From contig CBDIID010000003.1 in the NCBI GenBank assembly GCA_965279515.1, positions 3,552,001-3,616,000 on the forward strand: a stretch of DNA of 64,000 nucleotides, given 5' to 3'. The first letter of the stretch is position 1. Each line of letters begins with the position of its first letter. The stretch comes from Turneriella sp. GTDB lineage: Bacteria > Spirochaetota > Leptospiria > Turneriellales > Turneriellaceae. The position numbers were made by a program, and so were the translations under genes. Of this stretch, positions 38,156-48,084 are shown one piece after another. Below the pieces are notes generated by a model. The model had not been told where the DNA came from and did not search any database. It saw nothing but the letters and a program-made list of their open reading frames with translations.

Positions 38156-38863
38156 GTGCGATCGATCATAGCTGTAGTGATATTTTCTCTGGGTTCGGCT
38201 TATGCGCTGGAAACCGGCGGCCGGTATGATTTTTTTTGCGACCATGGGCAAGATATCATGAATGCGGAGCTCGTCGGCGAAGATGAGACGCGTTATTTTG
38301 TTAAACTTTCCGCATCAGTAAACCGCCTGGCGATTGAAAAGAAAAATGTTTTGCGGACAGACCTCAAGGCGCGCCCGCCTGCGGCTGCGGAACCTGTGAA
38401 GGCCCGCGCCTTTTCCGTGGCGCTCATCGGTGGCATGGGTTTTGCGACGGGGCGGCTCGCCGAGTTCTCTTCGGTAACTCCCGCAGTCACACTTTACGGT
38501 GCCTACCGGCTAAAAGAGCGCTGGGATATCATCGCGCGCGGGGATTTCATGCGGTTTGCGAATGGCGATGCATCGCTGCGGCCGGTGCTTTTTTCCGCGG
38601 GAATGAGTTTTCATCTGCCCTGGCGTTTCAGGGAAATCCGTTTTTCTTCAGGGCTCAGCGCGGGTGCGGCCTGGCTTTATGCAGTGGCGGATGGACTTAA
38701 AGAGCAAAGCCTGACACCCGCAGCGATTATCTGGTTTGCCGCCGAGCGTAGCTTTACGGATCGTATCTCGGCCACGACCTTCATCGATGTTTCTTACATC
38801 TACGACCGGCAAACTTTCGTGCTTATTCCAGCAATCCGCCTGGGTGTCAGTTACCAGCTATGA
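38156..38863 (+). CDS. Outer-membrane beta-barrel protein with small N-terminal periplasmic domain
   Basis: Signal peptide; Pro/Ala linker; about 8 amphipathic strands ending RLGVSYQL. Confidence 0.65.
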   Translation: MRSIIAVVIFSLGSAYALETGGRYDFFCDHGQDIMNAELVGEDETRYFVKLSASVNRLAIEKKNVLRTDLKARPPAAAEPVKARAFSVALIGGMGFATGRLAEFSSVTPAVTLYGAYRLKERWDIIARGDFMRFANGDASLRPVLFSAGMSFHLPWRFREIRFSSGLSAGAAWLYAVADGLKEQSLTPAAIIWFAAERSFTDRISATTFIDVSYIYDRQTFVLIPAIRLGVSYQL

Positions 38864-40233
38864 AGACCGGCCTGCGTTTGTTTTCGCTTTCGCTGGCGGT
38901 ATTTTCCTGGAGCTGCGACGGCCTCGCCGTCACGCGTTTTCTCGATAGTGCGGCGAGTGTCCGTATTTCCGTGACGGTGTCGGGCCTATTGGGTTCGGGC
39001 CTCGTACTCTCATCAGGATCAGAGTCACTCGCGGTAGCGGCCGACAATACCTATACGTTTGCGGTTCGTTTCCGCAAGAAACACTCCTACGCCATTCAGG
39101 TGGTATCGCACCCCGTGAACCCGAACCAGTATTGCTCGGTGGCCGGGGGCCGCGGTGTTGCTGGTGACGGTGATCTGACGCTGAGTGTGAGCTGTGTACC
39201 TGGTTCGGCAGCCGGTCCGATGGTGGCGGGAACGATCATTCGTCCCTTGAATATTTCAGGGAATGCCGATCTGGTTCTTGGCGAGGTTTTTGCGGGCAGC
39301 ACTGGCGCGAGCGCGTCTGTCGACGGCGTGGGTTCAGCTGCACGTTTCTCTTTGCCGACGCATATGGTCACCGACGGTATCTATATTTACCTGCAGGAGT
39401 CGAACCCTGCTGGCACGCTGCGCCGTATTGCGATTGCCACGCGCGAGGTGACGACCCTCGGCGACAGCGGCGGCAGCGATGGGATAACCACCGATGGCCT
39501 CTACCTCTACTTTGCAAACTACAACAATTGCACGGTGCGCAAAACAAGCATTGCCAATTTTAATATCACTGTGCTTGCGGGCGCCGATAATGTCTGTGCT
39601 TTTAACGACTCGCCGACGGGATCTGCTGCCCGCTTCAATAATCCGCTGGCGATTACGCATGACGGCACCTGGCTCTATGTCGCCGATTATTCCAACAGGC
39701 GCATCCGCCGCGTTGATCCGGTGACGGGTGCAACCACAACCTTCGCGGGTACCGGCGCGGCGACGAGCACCAATGGGCCGGCGGCGACTGCGACTTTTCT
39801 GCTGCCGCACGGTTTGACGTATCATGCGGGTAAACTTTATGTCACCGAAAGCGATCCCACGGCGCAGTGGGTGCGCACGATCGATCTGAGTGCAGCACCT
39901 TACAATGTCACAACCTTTTCGGGTACCGGAACCTGGGGTTGCGTCGCCGGGGCAGCCGGTGTGGCCCAGTTTAAGAAACTGCGCAACCTCATCAGTGACG
40001 GCACGTATCTCTACGCTACGGACAAAGAGTGTTATAATATCTGGCGGATGGATCTCAGTAACGGTTCGGCCACCGCGCTTTCAGGCTGGGAGACCAGAAC
40101 GACGACGGCCATCGGCACGGGCGGGGGTCTGGCAGGTACGGCAGCGTTCCGTGAGCCGATGGGCATCACCGCAGACGGCACCTACCTCTATGTGACAGAC
40201 GCTTCAGATTATATTCTGCGCCGTATCGAATAA
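38860..40233 (+). CDS. Lipoprotein with Ig-like domain and NHL-like beta-propeller
   Basis: Lipobox FSWSC; VSGLLGSGLVL...C.V..G.G; repeated ARF..P..IT.DG..LYV.D units. Confidence 0.8.
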   Translation: MKTGLRLFSLSLAVFSWSCDGLAVTRFLDSAASVRISVTVSGLLGSGLVLSSGSESLAVAADNTYTFAVRFRKKHSYAIQVVSHPVNPNQYCSVAGGRGVAGDGDLTLSVSCVPGSAAGPMVAGTIIRPLNISGNADLVLGEVFAGSTGASASVDGVGSAARFSLPTHMVTDGIYIYLQESNPAGTLRRIAIATREVTTLGDSGGSDGITTDGLYLYFANYNNCTVRKTSIANFNITVLAGADNVCAFNDSPTGSAARFNNPLAITHDGTWLYVADYSNRRIRRVDPVTGATTTFAGTGAATSTNGPAATATFLLPHGLTYHAGKLYVTESDPTAQWVRTIDLSAAPYNVTTFSGTGTWGCVAGAAGVAQFKKLRNLISDGTYLYATDKECYNIWRMDLSNGSATALSGWETRTTTAIGTGGGLAGTAAFREPMGITADGTYLYVTDASDYILRRIE

Positions 40234-40234
40234 T

Positions 40235-40261
40235 TGGCATCGCTGCGCACCTGTTTTCGTA
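40235..40261 (+). promoter_or_regulatory. ECF-type promoter candidate TGGCAT-N17-CGTA
   Basis: 13 nt upstream of ATG 40275. Confidence 0.65.
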
Positions 40262-40274
40262 CAGACCTGTAGCG

Positions 40275-42725
40275 ATGAAATTGTTTGTCTTTGTCCCCCT
40301 GGTTTCCCTCATTGTTTCTCTTGCAATATCCTGCAAAAGTAATGTGGATATTCATATCGGAGAAAAAGCGGCTGCGCCGGTAAGTAACGGGCCAGGCCCG
40401 GCAACGACACCTCAGGCCCAGGGTTCTACCCCGGTGAATCTGGTCAGCGACCCCGGTTTTGAGGCTGGCGTCTCAGGTTTTGAAGCGGGTTCCAATGCGG
40501 TTACGGTGACAAGGGCTGCGGCCGCGCTGAGTGGCAGCCATAGCCTTCGGGGAACTATCGGAAATTACGGCGACAGCATCTGGTGGAGCCGTGACATGCG
40601 GGGCCGCGCCACTGCGTATGCAGTCTCGGGCACTTTGCGATCCGATCTGGCCTCAGCCTCATATATCCGGTACTGCGCGTTCGTCGTCTATGACGACGAT
40701 AGCAGCACCAGCAGTTGCGCGCGCGTTTCGGCGTTCGTGGGTGATAAAGGTATTCTCAATGCCTCGCTGCCGCTCGAAGATAAGGTCTTACGCAGCGTAC
40801 GCATCCGCATTGAGCTTGAAGGTGGCCAGCCCGTCGAATTCCGCGTCGACGACGTCTCTGCGGTACTCACCGGTTTTGTACCCGCGCCGCCCGCACCCGG
40901 TGGCGGCAATGGGGGCGGGGGTAACAACGGTGGTCCCGGAAATAATGCAGACCCAAACGATGTGCCGCCGCCCGCAGGCACGCCGTATCCTGGGTACACC
41001 TACACACCGCCGACGGTGCGCCCTTATATTCACATGAATGATTTTAATACGGCGGGAAATACATCCCCGGCATTTATCCGCCTTAAAGACCAGGTCGACA
41101 GTGCTTCGGCGATCACCGCGGCGCAGCCTGCCGGCGTGACGTACGACCAGCTCGTCACGGCGCTCAATGGGCAACACTATGGCTACTCGTGCACAGATTC
41201 TGTGGTCATGTACCGCCTCACGAACAATGCGGCTTATATTCAGCAGGCTATCCGCATGGTTGATCTTTTTGTACAGAGTGAGATGGCGCTCATCCATGCT
41301 GGTGAGCGGCCGCATATTGCCGGTGATTCATATCTCGAAGTCGGCTACTACATGGAGCAATTGGCGCTTGCCTACGATTACGGTTATGATTTGTTAACTC
41401 CGGCGCAGCGCACCGCATGGGAGACCTATGCGAACCAAACGCTGCAGAATCTCTGGTACCCCGCGGCGGCCACTTGGGGCGGGGTTTCTTATCCCTGGAG
41501 CGGTTGGTCGATGAACGATCCTGGTAATAATTATTTTTATAGTTTTCTGAAAGCGACGCAACTCTGGGGCTGGGCGTCGCAGAACAACGCATGGATTACA
41601 TTTTTGCAACAGCGCAAGTATCCCTTGCTTGTTCCCTTCTTCAGTGTGTTGACGGGTGGCGGCACACGCGAAGGCACGGGTTACGGCACCGCGATCGGCA
41701 GTATGTTCGAAAACTACCGCTACTGGCGCTCGTCGACGGGCGAAGACCTCTCGGCGATTTCATCTCACTCCCGTGACACGATAGATTACTGGATCCACGC
41801 CACGGTACCGACGCTCGACTACTATGCGGCGATTGGCGATCAGGCGCGCTCTGCCGACCCACGCATGTTTGACTACCAACGGCGGTTGATGCTTGAAGCA
41901 GTGGCGCTGAACCCGGGTACGGCACAATCGGCGCGTGGGGCGTGGTGGCTCGCCCGTGCGCGCCTGAGCGACGGCGGTTCAGGCTCGGTGATCAATCGCA
42001 TGCGTTATAACTATAATTTCCGTTTTGATCTTCTCGCGCCGGCGACACCCGAGGCCCAACCGACAGCACTTGCCTATGATGCCTCGGGTGCCGGCGCCTT
42101 TTTCGCCCGCAGCGACTGGACGACGTCGGCCAGTTGGCTTGCCGCCGTTGTAGGTCCCCTCGACCAATCACATGCGCACCAGGAACAGGGTGGGTTTACT
42201 TTCTATAAGGGCGGATGGCTCACCGTGACGTCGAACATCCACTCACGCAGCGGCATCAACCAGGACGTGCCGGTGCATAATGTCATACGCTTCGCCGCTG
42301 GCGGCTCGACCATTCCGCAAAATTATTCTACTTCGACAAAGACCATTAGCGATGCGGGAAATACCGTCACGCTCCAGGAAAATCTTTCACCCGCGTATGC
42401 CAACCGCGCGGCCGATGTCTCGCTGTGGACGCGCCAGTTGGTTTATAACCGGGGAGCACACTCCCTCGCCGTGCACGATGTTTGCACCGTCGCTGCTGGT
42501 GTGTCAGCGACCTGGCAGCTGCATACACCGACGCAACCGATTGTGCAGGGCGATGGCTCGATCATTGCGGGCAATTTGCGGATTACTCCTGTCTTGCCTG
42601 CGGCACCGGTAGTGACCATCGTCAATATGAACGCGCTCAATAACCAGTTTAATAGCGGTTACCGCATTGAATTTTCTGCCGGGCAGACCTGCGAGTTTCG
42701 GGTGAATCTCAATGCCTTAAACTAA
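40275..42725 (+). CDS. Lipoprotein with CBM-like domain and heparinase II/III-like (polysaccharide lyase-like) module
   Basis: Lipobox LAISC; NLVSDPGFEAG CBM4/9-like start; Pro/Gly linker; PGNNY, EGTGYG, RSDW...SHAHQEQGGF. Confidence 0.65.
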   Translation: MKLFVFVPLVSLIVSLAISCKSNVDIHIGEKAAAPVSNGPGPATTPQAQGSTPVNLVSDPGFEAGVSGFEAGSNAVTVTRAAAALSGSHSLRGTIGNYGDSIWWSRDMRGRATAYAVSGTLRSDLASASYIRYCAFVVYDDDSSTSSCARVSAFVGDKGILNASLPLEDKVLRSVRIRIELEGGQPVEFRVDDVSAVLTGFVPAPPAPGGGNGGGGNNGGPGNNADPNDVPPPAGTPYPGYTYTPPTVRPYIHMNDFNTAGNTSPAFIRLKDQVDSASAITAAQPAGVTYDQLVTALNGQHYGYSCTDSVVMYRLTNNAAYIQQAIRMVDLFVQSEMALIHAGERPHIAGDSYLEVGYYMEQLALAYDYGYDLLTPAQRTAWETYANQTLQNLWYPAAATWGGVSYPWSGWSMNDPGNNYFYSFLKATQLWGWASQNNAWITFLQQRKYPLLVPFFSVLTGGGTREGTGYGTAIGSMFENYRYWRSSTGEDLSAISSHSRDTIDYWIHATVPTLDYYAAIGDQARSADPRMFDYQRRLMLEAVALNPGTAQSARGAWWLARARLSDGGSGSVINRMRYNYNFRFDLLAPATPEAQPTALAYDASGAGAFFARSDWTTSASWLAAVVGPLDQSHAHQEQGGFTFYKGGWLTVTSNIHSRSGINQDVPVHNVIRFAAGGSTIPQNYSTSTKTISDAGNTVTLQENLSPAYANRAADVSLWTRQLVYNRGAHSLAVHDVCTVAAGVSATWQLHTPTQPIVQGDGSIIAGNLRITPVLPAAPVVTIVNMNALNNQFNSGYRIEFSAGQTCEFRVNLNALN

Positions 42726-43002
42726 AAAAGATGGCACCAGTTGCGGCGATGAGTATGGCAATCGCTACAATGGGGCATCGGAAATATCCACCGCCTGATC
42801 AATGAGCAGGCATTTTGCACCTATCACGTTCGGCTGCCCAGTGGCTACGCACGATGACGACTTCGATTCAGGCTGTATCGAAAATGCAGGTTCATGGGCG
42901 GTGAATAATGCCATGGTGACTATCACACTCACGAACGAAAAGATCGTACTCGATTTACGCAAATGCTGCAACTCCGTGGCGTGCAATGAGTTTTAGTTTT
43001 TC

Positions 43003-43029
43003 TGGCACTGCATTGCAGCGAATTTCGTA
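43003..43029 (+). promoter_or_regulatory. ECF-type promoter candidate TGGCAC-N17-CGTA
   Basis: 8 nt upstream of GTG 43038. Confidence 0.65.
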
Positions 43030-43037
43030 CAGGAATT

Positions 43038-44165
43038 GTGCGCAGGGGTCTCTATGCGTTGACGGGGCTGATTCTGGCTGCTGCGGGGCCGGTATCGGCA
43101 GCCAAAAAAATGCTCATTTTGGATTTTCGCAGTATTGACCATGATCCGAATTTTCAGTATCTGGAAATATCATTAACCGAAAGTGTCCGCAAATACCTGC
43201 ATGAAAAGTATGAAATCGTAGAGCCAGACGGTCAAGACATGGTGCGTCAAATGAACGATGGCGCCTTCCTGTTTACCGAAGATTTTCACAATAAAAACGT
43301 CGCCTTGCAGCTAGGGCTGCTTACGGGGCAGGATATCGTCCTAAGCGGCGGTTTCCGGCAGAGAATGTCGGTGCATGGCAGTACGGTTATTTCCCTTGAG
43401 GTCTTCATCATGGATGTAGAAAAGCGTACGCTTGTGAAAAGGATCATTGGTGAGGTTAAGGTCGACAGCGGTCTCTTTGCCTCAATCGACAAATTCTCTG
43501 AACGGATCGTGCAGGAAGCGAAAGGTGTTCTGCCAAACAAGGGTGAATACGACTTCGACGCTTTTACGCCGGTGCGGATGACCCAATTCACTGTCCTCGG
43601 CGGATATAACCTGAATGCGCTGAGTTCTGCCCTGCGTAAAAACCCTGTGCTCGGAACACGGTCGTCAGTCGTCCCCGCCGATCTCGGTGGCTTTATGGCT
43701 TCGCTGGAAATCAGGCGCGATCGTTTTTTGAAGATAAACCGTCTCATCGGTTACGGTCGCGCCGATGCGCAGATTATCAATGCAGAATTCAGTGCTGCAA
43801 ACGAGAGTACCGGTCCATTAGCACGGGGCTTCGGCGCTACCGCAGAGCTGGGTATCGGTTATCAGGTTTTTCGTTTTAAAAGATTTTTTATCCAGGCTCT
43901 CGCGGGTGGCGGTTTTAACTATACCAACTTTAAGCTGGATTATTCGCAGATGAAAAATCCGCCGATTCAGTCTGAAAGCCGGGAAATAACGATTCAGTCT
44001 TCAGGATATTTTTTCGGACCGGTAGCGTCGACCGGACTTCGCCTGGGGTTTCAGATTAACCGGTCCGTCAGCTGGGAACTCGGCGCCTCGTACCAAATGA
44101 CGTTTCTGAGCGGTTCTGTTTCGGGGAATGTTTTTACTACAATGGGGATAGGTTTAAGATTATGA
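43038..44165 (+). CDS. TolB-N/CsgG-like domain plus outer-membrane beta-barrel (paralog of 15013..16065)
   Basis: KMLILDF.SI..DPNFQYLE.S, A..LG.L..QDIV..GGF, VDS.LF; ends GIGLRL. Confidence 0.6.
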   Translation: MRRGLYALTGLILAAAGPVSAAKKMLILDFRSIDHDPNFQYLEISLTESVRKYLHEKYEIVEPDGQDMVRQMNDGAFLFTEDFHNKNVALQLGLLTGQDIVLSGGFRQRMSVHGSTVISLEVFIMDVEKRTLVKRIIGEVKVDSGLFASIDKFSERIVQEAKGVLPNKGEYDFDAFTPVRMTQFTVLGGYNLNALSSALRKNPVLGTRSSVVPADLGGFMASLEIRRDRFLKINRLIGYGRADAQIINAEFSAANESTGPLARGFGATAELGIGYQVFRFKRFFIQALAGGGFNYTNFKLDYSQMKNPPIQSESREITIQSSGYFFGPVASTGLRLGFQINRSVSWELGASYQMTFLSGSVSGNVFTTMGIGLRL

Positions 44166-45913
44166 TGCAAAATAGAATATTTTTATGGCTTTTAGTTTTT
44201 CATTTTTTTATGTGCAGCAAGCCATTCGAACTGGATTCGGAATTTGGTGTCGTCATTGAAGGCCCGGGTGTTGTGGTGAGCCCGGCAACGGGTCTCACGA
44301 CGACAGAATCGGGTGGCATTGCCAATTTTCGCCTGAAACTCAAAACTCAGCCGTCTGCCTCGGTAACACTGACATTGCAGAGCAGTAACGTAGCCGAAGG
44401 ACGGCTTCTCGCGACGGCAGGTGTCTGCGACCCGGTAAACGGCATCGCAGTTACCACCAATTGCACCGTCTCTTTTACCATCTCGAATTGGAATGAGTTT
44501 CAGGATATCGCCGTGGTTGGCCAGGATGATTTGAGCACAGACGGGAATGCACTTTATACGGTTTTTTTCCCGACGGCCATCGCCAGCGGTGACGCGAAAT
44601 ATAATGGCCTGACGCCGCCAGTGATTCAGATTACCAATACCGATAACGACCTGCCAGCGGTCAGTGTTTCGCCTACGACGGGTACAACCGCAGAGGCATC
44701 CGGTGATTTTACTTTTGCGGTCGTCTTGCAGGCTCAACCTTCGGCAAACGTCGTGGTTTCCCTTTCGAGCTCGAATGAAGGCGAAGGAAAAATCCGCAGG
44801 ACGGCCGGCGTATGCAATACCGGCGGCGCCGTCGCTACGGGTAGTTGTTCCCTGACCTTTACGCCCGCCAACTGGAATATCACCCAGTCAGTAACTGCGA
44901 CAGGGCAGGATGATTTAATAGCCGACGGTAATCAGATATATACAATCGTGCTTGCGCCGGTGGTCAGCGCCGATGCCGCTTACAATGGTTTTAATCCCGC
45001 GGATATTACCATCACGAGTACCGATAACGGCGCCCCGGGATTTACCTTGAATACGGTATCGGGGCTGGTTACGACTGAGGGGGGAGGAACAGCGAGCTTT
45101 ACTGTGCGATTGAACACAGCCCCCACTGCCAATGTTAGCATCGCTCTTTCTTCCAGTAATGCTGCTGAAGGAACCGTTTCGCCGACGAACCTTACATTTA
45201 CGACTGCAAATTGGAATGCGAACCGCACGGTTACAATAACAGGGGTTGCCGATAACCGTATCGACGGTAATATCGGTTATACTATTTTAACAGCCGCCGC
45301 AACAAGTGCGGATTCCGCCTATAACGGATTGAATCCCCCCGATGTTTCGGTGACGAATAATAATATGGATGCGGGAAAGTATCTTTTTGTCTCGAACGCT
45401 ACGACGAGAGGCAATTTTGGCGGATCTTTGGATGCAGATGCCCTTTGCAATGCTGATACTGCTAAACCGCGACCCGGCACGTATCGTGCTGTTATTGGCC
45501 ATGCATCCGATCCGGTACTATCAGATCCAGGACCACCCGCAGCTTATGATCAAATCATTGAACGTGATCTGTTTACGGACTGGGTATTATTCGGCGGTAC
45601 GAACTACTATCGTGGGGCCGATGGCAGGCTCGCGGGTACAACAAGTACTCTTGGGGCGTTGCCAGCGAGTCTCACAAACTCGATCCATAATTCAGCAGTT
45701 GCATATTGGACTGGGCTCAGTGCCGGTGCCTCCGTCTCTAGTGGCTGTATTGCTTCTGGCGTATTTCCGAGTTCGCTCGGCCCGATGTGGGCTTCAGCTT
45801 CATCGAGTCGCTCGGGTAGGGTTGGTGATGGGGCATCGATCACGACTACTTCCATCAGCGCGGGAACACAAACCTGTAATCAGTTCTTACCTTTGCTCTG
45901 TGCCGAACAGTGA
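44162..45913 (+). CDS. Endostatin-like (DUF1554) lipoprotein with three Calx-beta/Ig-like repeats
   Basis: Lipobox-like FFMC; three T.E..G...F...L...P.A.V..S.SS..EG...FT..NW repeats; C-terminal GNFGG...ADALCNAD..KP...YWTGL...LLCAEQ. Confidence 0.8.
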   Translation: MMQNRIFLWLLVFHFFMCSKPFELDSEFGVVIEGPGVVVSPATGLTTTESGGIANFRLKLKTQPSASVTLTLQSSNVAEGRLLATAGVCDPVNGIAVTTNCTVSFTISNWNEFQDIAVVGQDDLSTDGNALYTVFFPTAIASGDAKYNGLTPPVIQITNTDNDLPAVSVSPTTGTTAEASGDFTFAVVLQAQPSANVVVSLSSSNEGEGKIRRTAGVCNTGGAVATGSCSLTFTPANWNITQSVTATGQDDLIADGNQIYTIVLAPVVSADAAYNGFNPADITITSTDNGAPGFTLNTVSGLVTTEGGGTASFTVRLNTAPTANVSIALSSSNAAEGTVSPTNLTFTTANWNANRTVTITGVADNRIDGNIGYTILTAAATSADSAYNGLNPPDVSVTNNNMDAGKYLFVSNATTRGNFGGSLDADALCNADTAKPRPGTYRAVIGHASDPVLSDPGPPAAYDQIIERDLFTDWVLFGGTNYYRGADGRLAGTTSTLGALPASLTNSIHNSAVAYWTGLSAGASVSSGCIASGVFPSSLGPMWASASSSRSGRVGDGASITTTSISAGTQTCNQFLPLLCAEQ

Positions 45914-46166
45914 TGCGTTCAACGGTTATGCCGCAAATTTTCTGAGGAGAAACGGAAGCCGGCTAAGTCTGCCATAGGTTGTACCGCTGCGGCTGAGGTT
46001 GGCGGGTTGAATTTCAGGGATGGGTTTCTCTGCCACCCGTTTCGATAATCTTACCGGTCTCATACTTCTCCCCGCGGTTGTGACAATAAATATCAGCAGG
46101 GAAGCGGCGTCCATAAAAACCGATTGCGATTGACCCGGGGGCTTTTCCGGATGGCATAGCCGCTCG

Positions 46167-46613
46167 ATGCAAATGCGCCGCAATGTGTTGAATCTGATGA
46201 GCAAGATCCGCGCGCGGGCCTTTCTTCTGCTGGAGCGCGAACTTGCCGAGGCTGGCGTGCAAGATCTGTCACCCGCGCACGGCGATGTGTTGTTCGCGGT
46301 TTCCCAAAACAGCGGCGTCGAAATGCGCCAGCTAGCTGTACTGACAGGCCGCGATAAATCGACGCTGACGCCGCTGGTCGAGCGACTCATCCGTGCAGGC
46401 TATCTTGACCGCAAGGTTTCGGCCGCAGATCGCCGCCGCGCCGAGATCTACCTGACCGCGAAGGCGGAAAAACTGCGGCCGCGACTGATGAAGATCGGTT
46501 TTAAGCTGGAAAAGGTCATGCACCGCGGCATCGCCGACGCCGACCTTAAAAATCTGACAGATACCCTGAACCGCATTCATGAAAATCTCTCTGCTAATCC
46601 GCAAAAGGATTGA
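46167..46613 (+). CDS. MarR-family transcriptional regulator
   Basis: DKSTLTPLVERL...GYLDR.....DRR...IYLT.KA. Confidence 0.9.
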   Translation: MQMRRNVLNLMSKIRARAFLLLERELAEAGVQDLSPAHGDVLFAVSQNSGVEMRQLAVLTGRDKSTLTPLVERLIRAGYLDRKVSAADRRRAEIYLTAKAEKLRPRLMKIGFKLEKVMHRGIADADLKNLTDTLNRIHENLSANPQKD

Positions 46614-46626
46614 CAGGCTGAATTAT

Positions 46627-46664
46627 TGGTTTTGATCAAAACTAATTAGTTTGTAGTAAAACTA
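46627..46664. promoter_or_regulatory. Two tandem imperfect palindromes (probable MarR operators) next to a TTGACA -35 box at 46610
   Basis: TGGTTTTGATCAAAACTA and TAGTTTGTAGTAAAACTA, 20 bp apart, just upstream of a GGAGG SD. Confidence 0.6.
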
Positions 46665-46677
46665 ATTGGAGGTTGCC

Positions 46678-47073
46678 ATGGACACGGCTTTGACGCCCGA
46701 AGCGGGCGGAGTCTATCGTTATGCGCGCAAATTCACGCGCGCGGACATTCTCGAATTTGCCCGCATTACGGGGGATGCCGGCAAGCACCATGTGAATCCG
46801 CATGGGCCTGTCGTGGCGCAGGGACTTTTGGTCGCCAGCATCGTGACCAAGCTCGGCGGTGACATGAATTATATCGCGCGCACCATGGATTTTGAGATGC
46901 TCAAGCCCGTCCACGAGGGTGAAGAGATTACCGGCGAGATAAAAGTTCTCTCCCTGGTGCGTGCCGCAAAACGTCTCAAGCTGCAGATGCAGTGTACTTG
47001 TCTGAATGCGGCCGGTGAAACCGTGATTTCCGGAAAATCGCGCGGTTTAATTTGGCTGGAAAATGCCGGTTGA
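46678..47073 (+). CDS. MaoC-like hot-dog dehydratase
   Basis: FARITGD...HH...VAQGLL...F..LKPV..G. Confidence 0.8.
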   Translation: MDTALTPEAGGVYRYARKFTRADILEFARITGDAGKHHVNPHGPVVAQGLLVASIVTKLGGDMNYIARTMDFEMLKPVHEGEEITGEIKVLSLVRAAKRLKLQMQCTCLNAAGETVISGKSRGLIWLENAG

Positions 47074-47094
47074 TCGTATATTTGTCGGACAACC

Positions 47095-47616
47095 ATGAAA
47101 AAGATTCTTTGTATTTCGGGCAGCGTGCGCTCGAACTCGACTTGTATGACGATTCTGAAAACCATAGCCGAAAGAAGCGCAGCGACGGCGGATTTTGTCT
47201 TTTACGAAGGCCTGACTGCATTACCGCATTTTGACCCCGATGCAGAAGATTCGTTTCTCCCCAACCCCGTGCTTGAGCTGCGCGAACAGGTCGCGGCCGT
47301 GGACGCTGTCATCTTTTGCACTCCCGAATACGTGTTCAGCGTACCGGCTATCCTGAAGAATGCGCTTGAATGGTGTGTTGCATCGACGGTTTTTTCCGAT
47401 AAGCCGACGGCGATGATTGTCGCCTCGGGCGGGGGAGAAAAAACTTTTGAATCGCTGGGCCTGATTCTGAAAACCATTCAGACGAAGATTACCGCGGAAA
47501 CGATGCTGCTGTTCAGCGGTGCGCGTGGCAGAATGCGGGGGCTGAATCACGTCAGCGATGCCGGCGATCTGGCGAGATTAGATACACTCATCGCAGCCTT
47601 GCTCAAGGAAAACTAA
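47095..47616 (+). CDS. NADPH-dependent FMN reductase
   Basis: ISGSVR..S, LPHFDPD, TPEY..SVP..LKNALEW. Confidence 0.9.
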   Translation: MKKILCISGSVRSNSTCMTILKTIAERSAATADFVFYEGLTALPHFDPDAEDSFLPNPVLELREQVAAVDAVIFCTPEYVFSVPAILKNALEWCVASTVFSDKPTAMIVASGGGEKTFESLGLILKTIQTKITAETMLLFSGARGRMRGLNHVSDAGDLARLDTLIAALLKEN

Positions 47617-47991
47617 ATGCCCACGACAGAAACCCTCGAACGCTTCATCGCCGTGATTGAATCGAACAAACACGACGAAGCGATTGAAAACTTTTACAGC
47701 GACGATGCCACAATGCAGGAAAACCAGATGGCGCCGCGGAAAGGGAAAAGGCTGCTTGTCGCGAACGAGCGTAAAGTGCTGGCGCGTGCCCATTCTGTAC
47801 ATTCGGAATGCATCCGCCCTGTTTTTGTAAACAGCGATCATGTGGTGTTGCGCTACAAATTCCGCTTCGACTGGAAAGACGGCACCTTCACCGAAATGGA
47901 AGAGCTGGCGCTGCAGCGCTGGGAGGGCGAGCTCATCGCCGAAGAAAAGTTTTTCTACGACCCGGCGCAGCGCGTCGCAAAACCCATGTAA
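47617..47991 (+). CDS. SnoaL/NTF2-like protein
   Basis: FYSDDA.MQEN...MEELALQRW.G..I..EKFFYD. Confidence 0.85.
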   Translation: MPTTETLERFIAVIESNKHDEAIENFYSDDATMQENQMAPRKGKRLLVANERKVLARAHSVHSECIRPVFVNSDHVVLRYKFRFDWKDGTFTEMEELALQRWEGELIAEEKFFYDPAQRVAKPM

Positions 47992-48084
47992 AAAATCTGT
48001 TAATTTTTTTTTGCTGCCGGGGTAAATCCGGAGCTCGCTCGTCAATACGCTCGTGATCAGACGGCAAACTTTTCACATTTTTTT

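Noticed and set aside
42732..42755. Fifth copy of the ECF-like motif (TGGCAC...AGTA)
   Set aside because: The spacer is too short and the -10 is not CGTA.
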